Of a DNA stretch of 64,000 nt, positions 1 to 9,768 are shown piece by piece. This DNA is from Chitinophagaceae bacterium. GTDB taxonomy: Bacteria; Bacteroidota; Bacteroidia; Chitinophagales; Chitinophagaceae. Each line of letters opens with the position of its first letter. The stretch's first letter is position 1. The stretch spans positions 368 to 64,367 of the forward strand of contig PSMD01000009.1 in the NCBI GenBank assembly GCA_040289925.1, written 5' to 3'. Under the pieces are notes generated by a model. It did no database searches. It was given only the letters and a program-made list of their open reading frames with translations, and was not told the origin of the DNA. Made by a program: the position numbers and the translations under genes.

Positions 1-2338
1 CATCAAAAATAGCTTTCGTCAAATCATTCATTACATCAGCTACAGAATAACTATTGCCATATAAACCTGTGTTATTAATACGGGCCTTTGTTACCGGGTG
101 TAAAATAAACCCGAGCACATTTAGCTGAATGGCCATTACATTATTTTCAATCTTTGGATCCTCCGGATTACCAAAGAAATTATAACCACGGCGTTGTAAT
201 TGCAGGTAAGGGAAAACCTGCGCATCAGCATCAAAAGCGTTGGGTGCAAAAACATATTTGCTCAGCAAGTCCATTGCTTTCTTTTGCATGGTAGCAGGAA
301 CAGGTGTTAAAGGTTTATTACCCGAGTTTTGCTGCGGAAAACTTCTGTCAACATAAATACCGCCAATATAGCGGCTAACTGCACTGGCCATACTGTTTCG
401 CTGGCCATTTAAAGTTCCGTAACGGGCTGTTAATTCCTGGTAAGATTGACCATTTTTTGTGTACTTGGTTTTCAATTTACCCATCAGGCTGTTTACGAGC
501 TTAAAACGATCATCAGCATAAGCTACCATATCATTACTTTGGTCATTGATCATTACACGTGGATCTACCCCATTACCGTAGCTTCTCATATCATCAGCAT
601 CATTACCAAAAGCAAGTTTGGGATCATTACTGCGGGATAAAATTTTGTTTAGCTCAGCTTCTTCTGCTGCTTCAGAGAAAGGAGTATATCCATATTGAAT
701 AGCCTAGATATCATAAGGACCAACCTTTGTCGTGTAATAATCTCCCTGGTTATTTCTATCTGAAGAAACATTGATAGCCGGATAGTCCATTACCGAACTC
801 TGCAAGCCAATTGTACGGGTAATTGATGTATTATTCATTTCTGCAGGCGAAAGCATTTGGCTGGCCTTCATGTTATGGTTCAATCCCATTGTGTGGCCTA
901 TTTCATGCAAAATCAGGTAATACAAAAACTGTTTGTGCATTTCGCTGATCTCTTTCGGGTCAGCGTCAGTTGCATCCAGCACGGTAAGGCCTGTAGTAAA
1001 CTGTGCTTTCAGTTCCTGTGCCAGTGTGCAGGTTTGCCAGTGTTTTTTATTGTTGGCAGAAAGGAACAGAGAGGTTGAATCTTTTTTTGTTTCTCCAATA
1101 GCAGTGTAGCTATTATATAATTCATCTTGTATTGGCGTAGCACTACCGCTGAACCATTCTACAGTAATATCAGCTCCGAGGATTTGTCCGGTTCTTGGAT
1201 TTACAAAGCTGGGCCCGATAGCTCCGTACGGAGGATAGGGAGAAGAAACCCAGCGAATAACGTTGTAACGAATATCAGCAGGGTCTCAATCAGCATCATC
1301 AGGCATTATCTTCATCACAACTGCATTTTTAAAACCTGCTTTTTCAAAAGCTTCATTCCATTTTTCACCGGCTTCTTTAATAGTTTGCCGGTATTCAACA
1401 GGTGTTGTGTTTTCTATCCACCAAACAATAGGTTCAACCGGTTCGCTAATTGCAGCGTTCGGATCTTTCTTTACTAAACTCCAACGATTGATTACATCTT
1501 TATAATCCGCCACTTTTATTGAAGTAAGGTTTTCTATTTCCTGCGAGAAATAACCCACTCTTGGATCATCCTTTCTTGGTTTGAAATCGTTTTTCGGCAT
1601 TTCAATAAATGAATGCTGAAAGCGAATGCGGTTGTAGTGGGCATCCGTAATATCTTTTCCACCGCCATTGAAAGGCGCAGGATTTTCGTAGGCGAGTTCA
1701 ACAACGATAAACGATATCTGTGTTGTTTGGGAAGGAACGTACCTTGCTGTACTTTGATTTGGCTGTATTTAAATTACCAAGATTGAATACAGCACCCGGA
1801 GGCAAACCCGGAGGAAGAAGAGGGCGAACCGGGTCAAGCTTTTCACTTAAAAACAGCGCATCACCATTAATGAGATAACCTGCAGAATCTTCACCAGCAA
1901 TTTTATCTGAGTAAAATACCGCCTCAGTTACATCAACGTTTGCAGCTTTGCTAACTGCATTGTTTTTGTCGTAATAAAAATTGGTGTTCACCTGGCTGAA
2001 TTCCAGCTTGACGTAGGCTTTTTTAATTTGAAAAATAAAAGTTGTCCGAATCATGTTCTGGTTTAAGAAAAGGCTGGTAGGCCCACCCATGGAAAAGCTC
2101 TGGTAAATGAATTCTTTTCCAAGCTGATTTTTCTTTACATATAATTGCATGCTACCATTTACGGTATCCTGGTAAAGAGTAAAAAGACCTTCCGTTTTTT
2201 TGCTCGTTTTTACTTTGTCTGTAATACCAGCAGGTTTTTTGCTTTGCTGGTATCCGCTGGCATAGTTGGTTTATCCTGTGCTGATGCTGCAAGCATAAAA
2301 CAAAATGCAGGCACCACCAGGATAAAAGTTTACTTCAT
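1..2338 (-). pseudogene. Secreted zinc metalloprotease (met-zincin, DUF4953/DUF5117-like by memory), multiply disrupted; C-terminus runs off the left edge
   Basis: HEXXH motif HEIGHTMGLNHN in ORF 704-982. Signal-peptide-like N-terminus after ATG 2336-2338. A coherent protein reads through TAA 2330-2332, TGA 1286-1288, TAG 704-706 and two frame changes (~2235-2240, ~1715-1740), and stays open in frame down to position 1. Confidence 0.8.
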
Positions 2339-2443
2339 AAATAAAACAGTTTAAGATATACAAAATACGCAGGTTGAACAACCCGCCGAAAAATAAAATA
2401 ACCTTTTGACAGGGTTTGTGATAAAAGGCCTAAAAAGATGATT

Positions 2444-3700
2444 TTACTTAAGCTTTTTCAGTTTAACGCTTTCAATGCGGGTTTCACTGACATTGATAAT
2501 GTCAAACTCATAATCACCAATAATAATACGCTCTTTCTGGCGGGGTATGGTTTCGTGATAACTGATGATGTAACCCGACAAAGTTTCTGATTCGGTTACG
2601 GGCAAATCAAAATCGTATTTATTATTCAGGTAATCTACTTCAAGTCTTCCTGAAAAAATGTATTCGTTTTCTGCAATTTGCTTTTCAATAAATTCTTCAG
2701 CATCGTATTCATCTTCTATCTCACCAAAAATTTCTTCCAGTACATCTTCCATGGTAATGATACCTGCTGTGCCGCCAAATTCATCTACCACCCAGGCAAT
2801 GCTTTTTCTTTCTTTGTTGAATTTGCCGATTAAATCGGCAGCACTCATACTTTCGGGTACAGCCGGTATAGGATGAAGAATGGAACCGATATCTTTTGGA
2901 TTTTTAAACAAATCAAGCTGGTGAATATAGCCAATGATGTGATCAATGTCTTTTTCAAAAACTAGCAGCTTGCTTAGCTTGGTATCAATAAATTTTTCTC
3001 TGGCCTGCTGAATGCTACAATTTACATCAATGCCTACAATTTCTTTACGTGGCACAAGGCACTGGCGAATTTTAGTTTTGGGCAATTCCAATGCATTTTC
3101 AAAAAGCTGTGTGTTTAACTCTTCTTTTTCATTGCCCAAATCCCTGCTTTGCTGAAAAAGATGATCCAAATCGTTACGGGTAAGGGCTGCTTTTTTTTCG
3201 TTATACCGAACGTTGAATAAATATTTCAGCATCCACTCGGCCAGCTTTATTAAAGCTGATGCAATGGGATAGAGCATTTGGTAAAATAAATCAATTACAA
3301 TAGCCATCCGGCTTAACATGGCATTGCTCCTTGCCCTGAAGAATGCACGGGGAATAAACTCTGCAAAAAAGATGACCACAAAAGTAGCTACGGTGATTTC
3401 AACGAGAATATGTACCGTATCGGAACCAATGCGCCAGGATTGCCACAAGGGCCGCATAACATTGCCCGCCTGCAGTGCAAAAAACACCAGAAAGATATTG
3501 AAGCCAATAAGCGTTGTGCCTAAAAATCGTACGGGAGATTCAACAAACTGGGCTAATAATTTTCCGGAAGTGGTGCCTTGTTTCTTTTTTAATTCAATGC
3601 CCAGGCGGTTGGCAGAATAAAAAGCCATTTCAATACCTGCAAAAAAACCCATTAATAGCAGGGTGATCACAAACCAAACTATTGTTTTCCACTCAATCAT
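2444..3700 (-). CDS. CNNM/HlyC-CorC family membrane protein (DUF21 TM domain + CBS pair + CorC_HlyC), paralogue of GldE
   Basis: 418 aa intact ORF with N-terminal TM helices. Conserved VVDEFGGTAGIITMEDVLEEIFGEI block shared with ORF 6211-7557. TAA stop. Confidence 0.85.
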   Translation of the reverse strand: MIEWKTIVWFVITLLLMGFFAGIEMAFYSANRLGIELKKKQGTTSGKLLAQFVESPVRFLGTTLIGFNIFLVFFALQAGNVMRPLWQSWRIGSDTVHILVEITVATFVVIFFAEFIPRAFFRARSNAMLSRMAIVIDLFYQMLYPIASALIKLAEWMLKYLFNVRYNEKKAALTRNDLDHLFQQSRDLGNEKEELNTQLFENALELPKTKIRQCLVPRKEIVGIDVNCSIQQAREKFIDTKLSKLLVFEKDIDHIIGYIHQLDLFKNPKDIGSILHPIPAVPESMSAADLIGKFNKERKSIAWVVDEFGGTAGIITMEDVLEEIFGEIEDEYDAEEFIEKQIAENEYIFSGRLEVDYLNNKYDFDLPVTESETLSGYIISYHETIPRQKERIIIGDYEFDIINVSETRIESVKLKKLK

Positions 3701-3762
3701 TGCAACTGTAAATATAAGCAGGCTTTGGGGGACGACAGCAGGGATTTCCCAGAGGTGATCTT

Positions 3763-4335
3763 CTAATTTTTTGATAGAAATTCTTTCACTATCTGTTCTG
3801 CCAGCCTGCAGGCTTTGTCCAAATCATCATTCACAATTATTTTATTAAAATGAGATTTGAAAGACAATTCATACGAAGCCTTGTTTACTCTTGCCATTAA
3901 AGAGGCTTCCGATTCAGTACCTCTTGATTGTAATCTTTTTTTTAATTCATCCACCGAAGGCGGCTCAATAAAAATGCTGAGTGAGCTTTCGGGAAATTGG
4001 GTTTGCACATGTATGGCACCTTTTACGTCTATATCCAGCAAAGGGATTTTATTTTGATTCCATATTCGCATCAGTTCAGCTTTCAATGTGCCATAATATT
4101 TGCCTTCATATACCATTTCCCATTCTACAAATTCTTCGTTGGCAATTTTATTTTGAAATTCTTCAACCGAAATAAAATAATAATCAACCCCATTCTTTTC
4201 ATAACTGCGTGGCTGCCTGGTAGCAGCAGAAACAGAAAAGCTTAACTGCGGAATATGTTTAAGCAGGTAATGTGTAATAGAAGTTTTTCCTGCACCCGAT
4301 GGAGCGGTGATGATGATGGTTTTGCCGGCATTCAT
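3763..4335 (-). CDS. gmk: Guanylate kinase
   Basis: P-loop APSGAGKTS and typical Gmk length. I moved the start to ATG 4333-4335 (MNAGKTIIIT); the longer track ORF adds an implausible hydrophobic extension that overlaps the upstream gene. Confidence 0.9.
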   Translation of the reverse strand: MNAGKTIIITAPSGAGKTSITHYLLKHIPQLSFSVSAATRQPRSYEKNGVDYYFISVEEFQNKIANEEFVEWEMVYEGKYYGTLKAELMRIWNQNKIPLLDIDVKGAIHVQTQFPESSLSIFIEPPSVDELKKRLQSRGTESEASLMARVNKASYELSFKSHFNKIIVNDDLDKACRLAEQIVKEFLSKN

Positions 4336-4403
4336 AATGAAGATGCAAGATACAAGCAAGAAGGAAGAACTGATAAACCTAAACCAAAAACAAGAAACCC
4401 AAA

Positions 4404-5486
4404 CTAAAAACCAATGATTGCTTTCAGCTTTCCCCAAAGTTCATTGTCAAAAGATGAAATAGCCTGTTGTGTAATGCCCGCAGCATCACCCAGGCGAACA
4501 ACAACGAGTTTTTGGGAAGGAATGATATACAGTTTCTGATCATTTTTTCCGAGAGCTGAAACCATATCTGCCGGTGCATTCGGTATCATTGGCCCGGGTA
4601 AAACCGTTTGCAATGTGGGCACCATAAAGCTTGGTTTACCATTGAGCCAGGTTAAATAACCATAGGATAAATTGAGCGACTGCGAAGAAGTTACCTGCGC
4701 ATTGAAGTAATTATTGTCTGAAAGTATTGGTGTGTTTTCCCATTTGCCTTTGTTCAGCAGCAGCAAACCAAATCTTGCCATGCTGCGCGGAGTGCTCCAG
4801 TAAACATTATTATAGCTGCTATGTATCCACAAGCCATTCATGCCAATAATATTCCTGATCTTTTGCTGAAAATAATTATTGTAAGTGGTGCCGGTTGCGT
4901 TTTCAACCACTTTTTCCAGCAGGTTATAAGGCGCATTGTGATAGGCCCATCTTGTGCCTGCATCTGCTTTGTAAATAAGGCAGGGAGGATCGGTGCAGTC
5001 AGCATCTGGTGCTACATTATCATCAAGCCCCGTTGTCATGGTAAGCTGATGACGAACGGTTATCAGGTTTTCTTTCGCAAGCGGGAGTGACGTCCATCCT
5101 GCGCCAAGGTATTGCGAAGTTTTATTGTTGATGTTTATTAAACCTTCCTGTTGAGCAATACCCACCAAAAAAGCTGTCATAGTTTTGCCTGCACTGGCCC
5201 AGTACCAGTTGCTGTCAGCCGTAAAGGTTCCGAAATATTTTTCTATGACTATGCGACCATTTTGCAAAACAATAAAGGCCTTTGTATTTTTTTGTTGAAG
5301 AAAATCGTACAGGTCAGGAACAAGACTTTCGTTCCAACCCGTAGCCGTCAACGGTTTTGTTTGCCATTCATTACCGGTTACCGGTGGAAAATACATGGGT
5401 TCCGGTTCAGGAAATGGGCAGCACATTTTTTTTCTGCAGGAGAAGATGGTAAAGGCAAATACGGTGAGGAAAAATAATTTTCGCAT
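4404..5486 (-). CDS. Beta-lactamase-fold serine hydrolase, probable lipoprotein
   Basis: Lipoprotein-type signal MRKLFFLTVFAFTIFSC. SxxK motif (ASAGKT). 360 aa intact ORF. Confidence 0.75.
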   Translation of the reverse strand: MRKLFFLTVFAFTIFSCRKKMCCPFPEPEPMYFPPVTGNEWQTKPLTATGWNESLVPDLYDFLQQKNTKAFIVLQNGRIVIEKYFGTFTADSNWYWASAGKTMTAFLVGIAQQEGLININNKTSQYLGAGWTSLPLAKENLITVRHQLTMTTGLDDNVAPDADCTDPPCLIYKADAGTRWAYHNAPYNLLEKVVENATGTTYNNYFQQKIRNIIGMNGLWIHSSYNNVYWSTPRSMARFGLLLLNKGKWENTPILSDNNYFNAQVTSSQSLNLSYGYLTWLNGKPSFMVPTLQTVLPGPMIPNAPADMVSALGKNDQKLYIIPSQKLVVVRLGDAAGITQQAISSFDNELWGKLKAIIGF

Positions 5487-5563
5487 ATGTGTTGTATTGG
5501 TTTACTTCGACGGTATTGGATGAATTTAGTTTAACCAGAGATTAAAACGCTGCCATTAAAAAT

Positions 5564-6160
5564 TTATTTCCACTTTAAAGTATTAATAAGATGTAACAGG
5601 TCCTGTTTCAAAAAATCGTTTACAATGCTGATGGAATCCTGGTTGGGTGTGGCAGCAAAATACAAGGCTCCCCGCAAAAAATGTTTGGTTGAATCGGTAA
5701 GGAAAAATTGATTGGCAGTTGCCGTATTTCCCCGCAGAGTAAAATAAATGCCTTCAATTCCGTTGGGTGTTTTCATAAGGCTGTCCTGTATATCGGTGGC
5801 TTTGTACGTGTGTTGCTTAAAGCTCATTTGAAAAGCATCTTTCACCAGCGAATCAAAATTGTTTTTTCCAATTTCTTTATAGCTAATGTGCACCCTGCCG
5901 TTGAACTGAGGAAAATCAATATTGATCCACCAGGGATTTTCAGGCCTGTCTTCAAAAAAAGCTGTGTCTTTTACAATGTTGGCATATACAGGATATTCAA
6001 AACTGTACGGATACCCCGGCTGATCAAATTGCTTATATGCTTTTTTAGGAAAATCAATTTTAAAATAGCCCCGTTTTCTACCCACATTGTAATCACTGTT
6101 GCATGAAAAAAAGCAGAAAATAATTGCCAGTGCAAAAACAGAAAAAAAATATGATTTCAT
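5564..6160 (-). CDS. gldD: Gliding motility lipoprotein GldD
   Basis: 198 aa with lipobox FFSC and C-terminal ...INTLKWK, as I remember for GldD. Lies directly downstream of gldE and ssb, the classical ssb-gldE-gldD arrangement. Confidence 0.75.
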   Translation of the reverse strand: MKSYFFSVFALAIIFCFFSCNSDYNVGRKRGYFKIDFPKKAYKQFDQPGYPYSFEYPVYANIVKDTAFFEDRPENPWWINIDFPQFNGRVHISYKEIGKNNFDSLVKDAFQMSFKQHTYKATDIQDSLMKTPNGIEGIYFTLRGNTATANQFFLTDSTKHFLRGALYFAATPNQDSISIVNDFLKQDLLHLINTLKWK

Positions 6161-6210
6161 TTTTGTTGTGGGTTACTGGTTGCTTATTGTTTGTTATTTC
6201 TGAAACTGCA

Positions 6211-7557
6211 CTATTCGCCAGGCTGATGATTGATGGTAACCTTTACTTGTAAAATGCGGTTCATATCTGCTTCTAAAACCGTAAACTCAAAATCACCGCA
6301 GTGTATCACTTCATTCACTTTGGGAAATTCACCTGCCAGCTCCAGTACTAGGCCGGCCAGCGATTCACTTTCACCTCTCACCCGCTCAAACGTATCTGCC
6401 TGAATATTCATTGCCCGGCAGGCATCGTGTATCATGGTTCTGCCTTCAAAAATGTAATTGTTGTCATCAATTTTTCGATTGCGGCTTTCTTCTTCATCAA
6501 ATTCATCTTTTATATCGCCAATTATTTCTTCCAAAATATCTTCCAGGGTAACAATGCCGCTGGTGCCACCAAATTCATCTACCACCACAGCAATATGTGT
6601 TCTTTTTTTCTGAAACTCCTGCAGCAGATCTTCAATCAGTTTTGATTCCGGCACAAAATAGGGGTGGCGAATGAGGCTGTGCCAGTCAAAGCTGTCATCC
6701 TTATCCAGGTAGGGCAATACATCTTTCGTATTTAAAATTCCCACCACTTCATCCATATTTGTTTTGTAAACAGGCAGGCGACTGTAATGCAGCTCTTCAA
6801 TTTTTTTTATGAGGGCAGAAAAACAAATGCCGTATTCAATGCCACTTACATCAAGTCTTGAACGCATTACCTGTTTAACCGAAATATTTCCAAACTTTTC
6901 AATGCCGAGCAAAATATTTTTCTCTTCTGCAGAAATTTCTTCTGATTTTTCCAGGTCCTGAATACCCGAAGTTTGAATGCGGTTAGCCCCCAGCCTCTTT
7001 CCCACACTATCTGCAACAGATACCATCCAGCGGCTTATTCTCCGCAATAGCAAATGGAGCGTTTCAATAATTAACGAAGAGCCGTAGGCAAACCGAAGAT
7101 TGTTTTGTGTGGCCCAAACCTTTGGCAGCACTTCTCCAAAAAAAACAAGAACAAAAACGATGGTGATAACACGGAGCACCAACTCAATCACAAAATCAAA
7201 ATTGCCATTAAAAATGTTGATCTTTCCATAAGGCAGGTATTGATTGATGAGAAAATTACAAAGGATGATGATGCAGATATTGATAAAGGTGCCGGCCAGC
7301 AACATGGAAGTGTAAAGCTCTTTAGGCTCTTCCAACAAATCAGTAATGCGGCGGGCTGCAGCATGCTGTTTTGTTTTCAGCATGTTTACATCTTTACTGG
7401 TTAGCGAAAAAAAAGCAACCTCTGCGCCTGAAATGGTGAAGGTGAGCACCAACAAGGCAATAAGGACAACAATTAAAACCGTTGTTCCCTGTGGTGTGGC
7501 ATACAGTAAAATGAAGAGTTGGTTACAGAAGTTCGTAATGGCCGAATGGCTATCCAA
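6211..7557 (-). CDS. gldE: Gliding motility-associated CNNM/CorC-type membrane protein GldE
   Basis: 448 aa with DUF21 TM region, CBS pair and CorC_HlyC C-terminus (VVDEFGGTSGIVTLEDILEEIIGDI). Sits between ssb and gldD. Confidence 0.8.
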   Translation of the reverse strand: MDSHSAITNFCNQLFILLYATPQGTTVLIVVLIALLVLTFTISGAEVAFFSLTSKDVNMLKTKQHAAARRITDLLEEPKELYTSMLLAGTFINICIIILCNFLINQYLPYGKINIFNGNFDFVIELVLRVITIVFVLVFFGEVLPKVWATQNNLRFAYGSSLIIETLHLLLRRISRWMVSVADSVGKRLGANRIQTSGIQDLEKSEEISAEEKNILLGIEKFGNISVKQVMRSRLDVSGIEYGICFSALIKKIEELHYSRLPVYKTNMDEVVGILNTKDVLPYLDKDDSFDWHSLIRHPYFVPESKLIEDLLQEFQKKRTHIAVVVDEFGGTSGIVTLEDILEEIIGDIKDEFDEEESRNRKIDDNNYIFEGRTMIHDACRAMNIQADTFERVRGESESLAGLVLELAGEFPKVNEVIHCGDFEFTVLEADMNRILQVKVTINHQPGE

Positions 7558-7686
7558 TTCAGTTTTTGTTTTTGTGAAACAATAATCAAAGCCCTATTTG
7601 CTTAACAGGTGGGGCACGTCATAAGGCCTACCCCTGATTGTTTGCAAATGTATTAATGAATCAGGGTACAATGCCATGCATGTTAT

Positions 7687-8127
7687 TTAAAAAGGCAGAT
7701 CACCGGGTGCTTCCGGCGGAACATCGGCACTGCTCATTCCTTCAATACTTCCATGCTCACTGTGCATGGAGCTGCTGCCTGTGCCACTGCTATCTGATCT
7801 TTTGTCGAGCATAATCAGGTTATCACCTACTACTTCAGTGGCAAATTTGCGGTTGCCCTCTTTATCTTCCCAACTGCGGGTACGCAGCCGGCCTTCTATA
7901 TACACCAGGCTTCCTTTGTGCAAATATTTTTGTGCCAGTTCTGCAAGGCCTCTCCAAAGAACTACGGTGTGCCATTCGGTTTGTGAAACCAGTTTGCCGG
8001 AGCGGTCTTTAAAAGTTTCAGTAGTAGCCAGCGGAAATTTTGCTACCCCAATATTTCCTTCTAAAAATTGTACGTCAGGATCCTTACCCAAATTTCCAAT
8101 GAGCATTACTCTGTTTACGCCTCTCAT
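7687..8127 (-). CDS. ssb: Single-stranded DNA-binding protein
   Basis: OB-fold N-terminus MRGVNRVMLIGNLGKDPDV, Gly/Ser-rich linker and acidic tail ending DLPF. Confidence 0.9.
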   Translation of the reverse strand: MRGVNRVMLIGNLGKDPDVQFLEGNIGVAKFPLATTETFKDRSGKLVSQTEWHTVVLWRGLAELAQKYLHKGSLVYIEGRLRTRSWEDKEGNRKFATEVVGDNLIMLDKRSDSSGTGSSSMHSEHGSIEGMSSADVPPEAPGDLPF

Positions 8128-8299
8128 AAAATTTATCTTTAGAGTTAAAAATTCATCTACGGTTAATGCTTACTAAAATTAAATTTTTTACATGGAAAAA
8201 TGAACTTTAATCTCTGGATGACAGAGATTATGAAAAGATTGAACGCATGGCATTTTTTTGAGGCTGACAGAACCAGCTTAACCTCATAAAATTTGTGTT

Positions 8300-8545
8300 A
8301 TGACGTATAATGATATAATTGGAACCATGGGTGTGGCACTCATTCTACTTGCCTATTTTCTTAACACAACCCAACTGATTCAAACAAACGGGCGGTTATT
8401 CTATGTGTTGAATATGATTGGCGCAGCCCTGGCCTGCTATGCTTCTTACCTTATCAGCTACTGGCCTTTTGTTATTTTGGAAGGAACCTGGACGCTGGTT
8501 TCAATTTACGGGTTGATGAAAGTGTTGAGAATACGAATGACATGA
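8300..8545 (+). CDS. Small 3-TM membrane protein of unknown function
   Basis: 81 aa ORF with three hydrophobic helices and ATG start. No similarity recognised beyond a small conserved membrane-protein look. Confidence 0.55.
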   Translation: MTYNDIIGTMGVALILLAYFLNTTQLIQTNGRLFYVLNMIGAALACYASYLISYWPFVILEGTWTLVSIYGLMKVLRIRMT

Positions 8546-8654
8546 ATGTTTGAAGTCATCAGTTTATTAATCCTTTCCCGTAAGCCCAGGAAATCCAGAT
8601 CTGCAGTCTGCCAACCTCAAATACCATCCCGAATAGCAATCGGGAAGCAAACGC

Positions 8655-9689
8655 TTAGCCGCAAGAATAAGCCATTGCCTCCATATCAATCCTTCTTCTT
8701 TCAAACAGGTAACCACTATAAGTTTTTACAATTTCATTCAGCGTTTCGTCAATTTCTTCTACGGTTTTCACTGTAACCAGTTTCAACCTGTATTCTTTTA
8801 TGTTGGGAAGCCCTTTGAGATAATTGGTGTAATGCCTGCGCATTTCATTAATGCCGGGTATCAATCCTTTCCACTCCACTGAACGGTGCAGGTGTTTTCT
8901 AATCACTTCTACTCGTTGCTCTATAGTTGGAGGAGGTAAATGCTCTCCAGTTTTTAAAAAATGTTTTATCTCATTAAAAATCCAGGGATAGCCAATTGCC
9001 GCACGGCCGATCATTACTCCATCTACACCATAACGGTTTTTATATTCAAGAGCTTTCTCCGGGCTGCCAATATCGCCATTTCCAAAAATCGGGATTTGAA
9101 TGCGGGGATTGTTTTTCACTTTTCCAATCAGCGTCCAATCGGCTACACCTTTATAAAGTTGTGCTCTTGTTCTGCCATGAATAGCGAGAGCTTTAATGCC
9201 AGCATCCTGCAGCCGCTCAGCTACTTCTTCAATATTTTTACTGTTTTCATCCCAGCCCAATCTTGTTTTTACAGTAACCGGTAAAGAAGTTGATTTTACA
9301 ACTGCTTTCGTTAGCTTAACCATGGCATCAATATCTTTCAGCACAGCAGCACCGGCGCCTTTGGTTACTACTTTTTTTACCGGGCAACCAAAGTTGATGT
9401 CAACCAGGTCCGGGTTCACTGCATCAACAATTTTTGCGCTGAGGGTCATGGCTTCTTCATCGCCTCCAAAAATTTGAATGCCGACAGGCCGTTCATAATC
9501 AAAAATGTCAAGCTTTTGTTTGCTTTTAATGGCATCTCTTATCAACCCTTCACTGGAAATAAATTCGGTGTACATTAAGTCGGCCCCATTGTCTTTGCAT
9601 ACAGCCCTGAATGGCGGATCACTCACGTCTTCCATTGGAGCAAGAAGAAGAGGAAAATCAGGAAGTGATATTTTGCCGATTTGAACCAT
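8655..9689 (-). CDS. dusB: tRNA-dihydrouridine synthase
   Basis: 344 aa. LAPMEDVSDPPFR and INFGCPVKKV motifs typical of Dus TIM-barrel flavoenzymes. Confidence 0.9.
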   Translation of the reverse strand: MVQIGKISLPDFPLLLAPMEDVSDPPFRAVCKDNGADLMYTEFISSEGLIRDAIKSKQKLDIFDYERPVGIQIFGGDEEAMTLSAKIVDAVNPDLVDINFGCPVKKVVTKGAGAAVLKDIDAMVKLTKAVVKSTSLPVTVKTRLGWDENSKNIEEVAERLQDAGIKALAIHGRTRAQLYKGVADWTLIGKVKNNPRIQIPIFGNGDIGSPEKALEYKNRYGVDGVMIGRAAIGYPWIFNEIKHFLKTGEHLPPPTIEQRVEVIRKHLHRSVEWKGLIPGINEMRRHYTNYLKGLPNIKEYRLKLVTVKTVEEIDETLNEIVKTYSGYLFERRRIDMEAMAYSCG

Positions 9690-9701
9690 TAAGCATTGAT
9701 G

Positions 9702-9743
9702 AATGAATAATTAGTAATTAATAATTATTAATTGACGATTACT
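9702..9743. repeat. Six 7-bp-phased RATT units (AATGAAT AATTAGT AATTAAT AATTATT AATTGAC GATTACT)
   Basis: AATT/GATT recurs at 9702, 9709, 9716, 9723, 9730 and 9737, an exact 7-bp spacing. The array lies in the divergent dusB / CPBP-protease intergenic region. Confidence 0.55.
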
Positions 9744-9747
9744 TTTG
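9740..9747 (+). promoter_or_regulatory. Bacteroidota -7 promoter box (TACTTTTG)
   Basis: Matches the TAnnTTTG consensus, 22 nt upstream of ATG 9769. Confidence 0.35.
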
Positions 9748-9768
9748 AGTCTGCAAATTTAACACCGC

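Noticed and set aside
704-706. Possible stop-codon reassignment or programmed read-through, because six of the in-frame stops are TAG (704, 25618, 35375, 44339, 44543, 49364).
   Set aside because: TAG, TGA and TAA all terminate clearly intact genes in this window. TAG ends gmk at 3763, the beta-lactamase-fold gene at 4404, gldE at 6211, cdsA at 11690 and the BatD-like gene at 16610. TGA ends the response regulator at 16594. Most TAG-containing genes also carry frameshifts or deletions. Ordinary nonsense mutation from TGG or CAG is the simpler reading.
1286-1288. In-frame TGA as selenocysteine.
   Set aside because: The context is an extracellular metalloprotease with several other lesions. 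It has no redox-type Cys/Sec motif, and I see no convincing SECIS-like hairpin immediately downstream.
2768-2800. A near-identical ~30-nt stretch shared between 2768-2800 and 6559-6592, considered as a dispersed repeat.
   Set aside because: Both copies encode the conserved VVDEFGGT(A/S)G motif of the two CNNM/CorC paralogues. This is coding conservation, not a mobile repeat.
3763-4437. N-terminal extensions of several track ORFs: gmk, gldH, hbd, msrA, suhB, nifU, psd, the retropepsin-PDZ gene, saccharopine dehydrogenase, and the ORFs at 21216, 45198 and 59593.
   Set aside because: The extensions are hydrophobic or overlap upstream genes. An internal ATG restores the canonical N-terminus (P-loop, Rossmann start or signal peptide) in each case.
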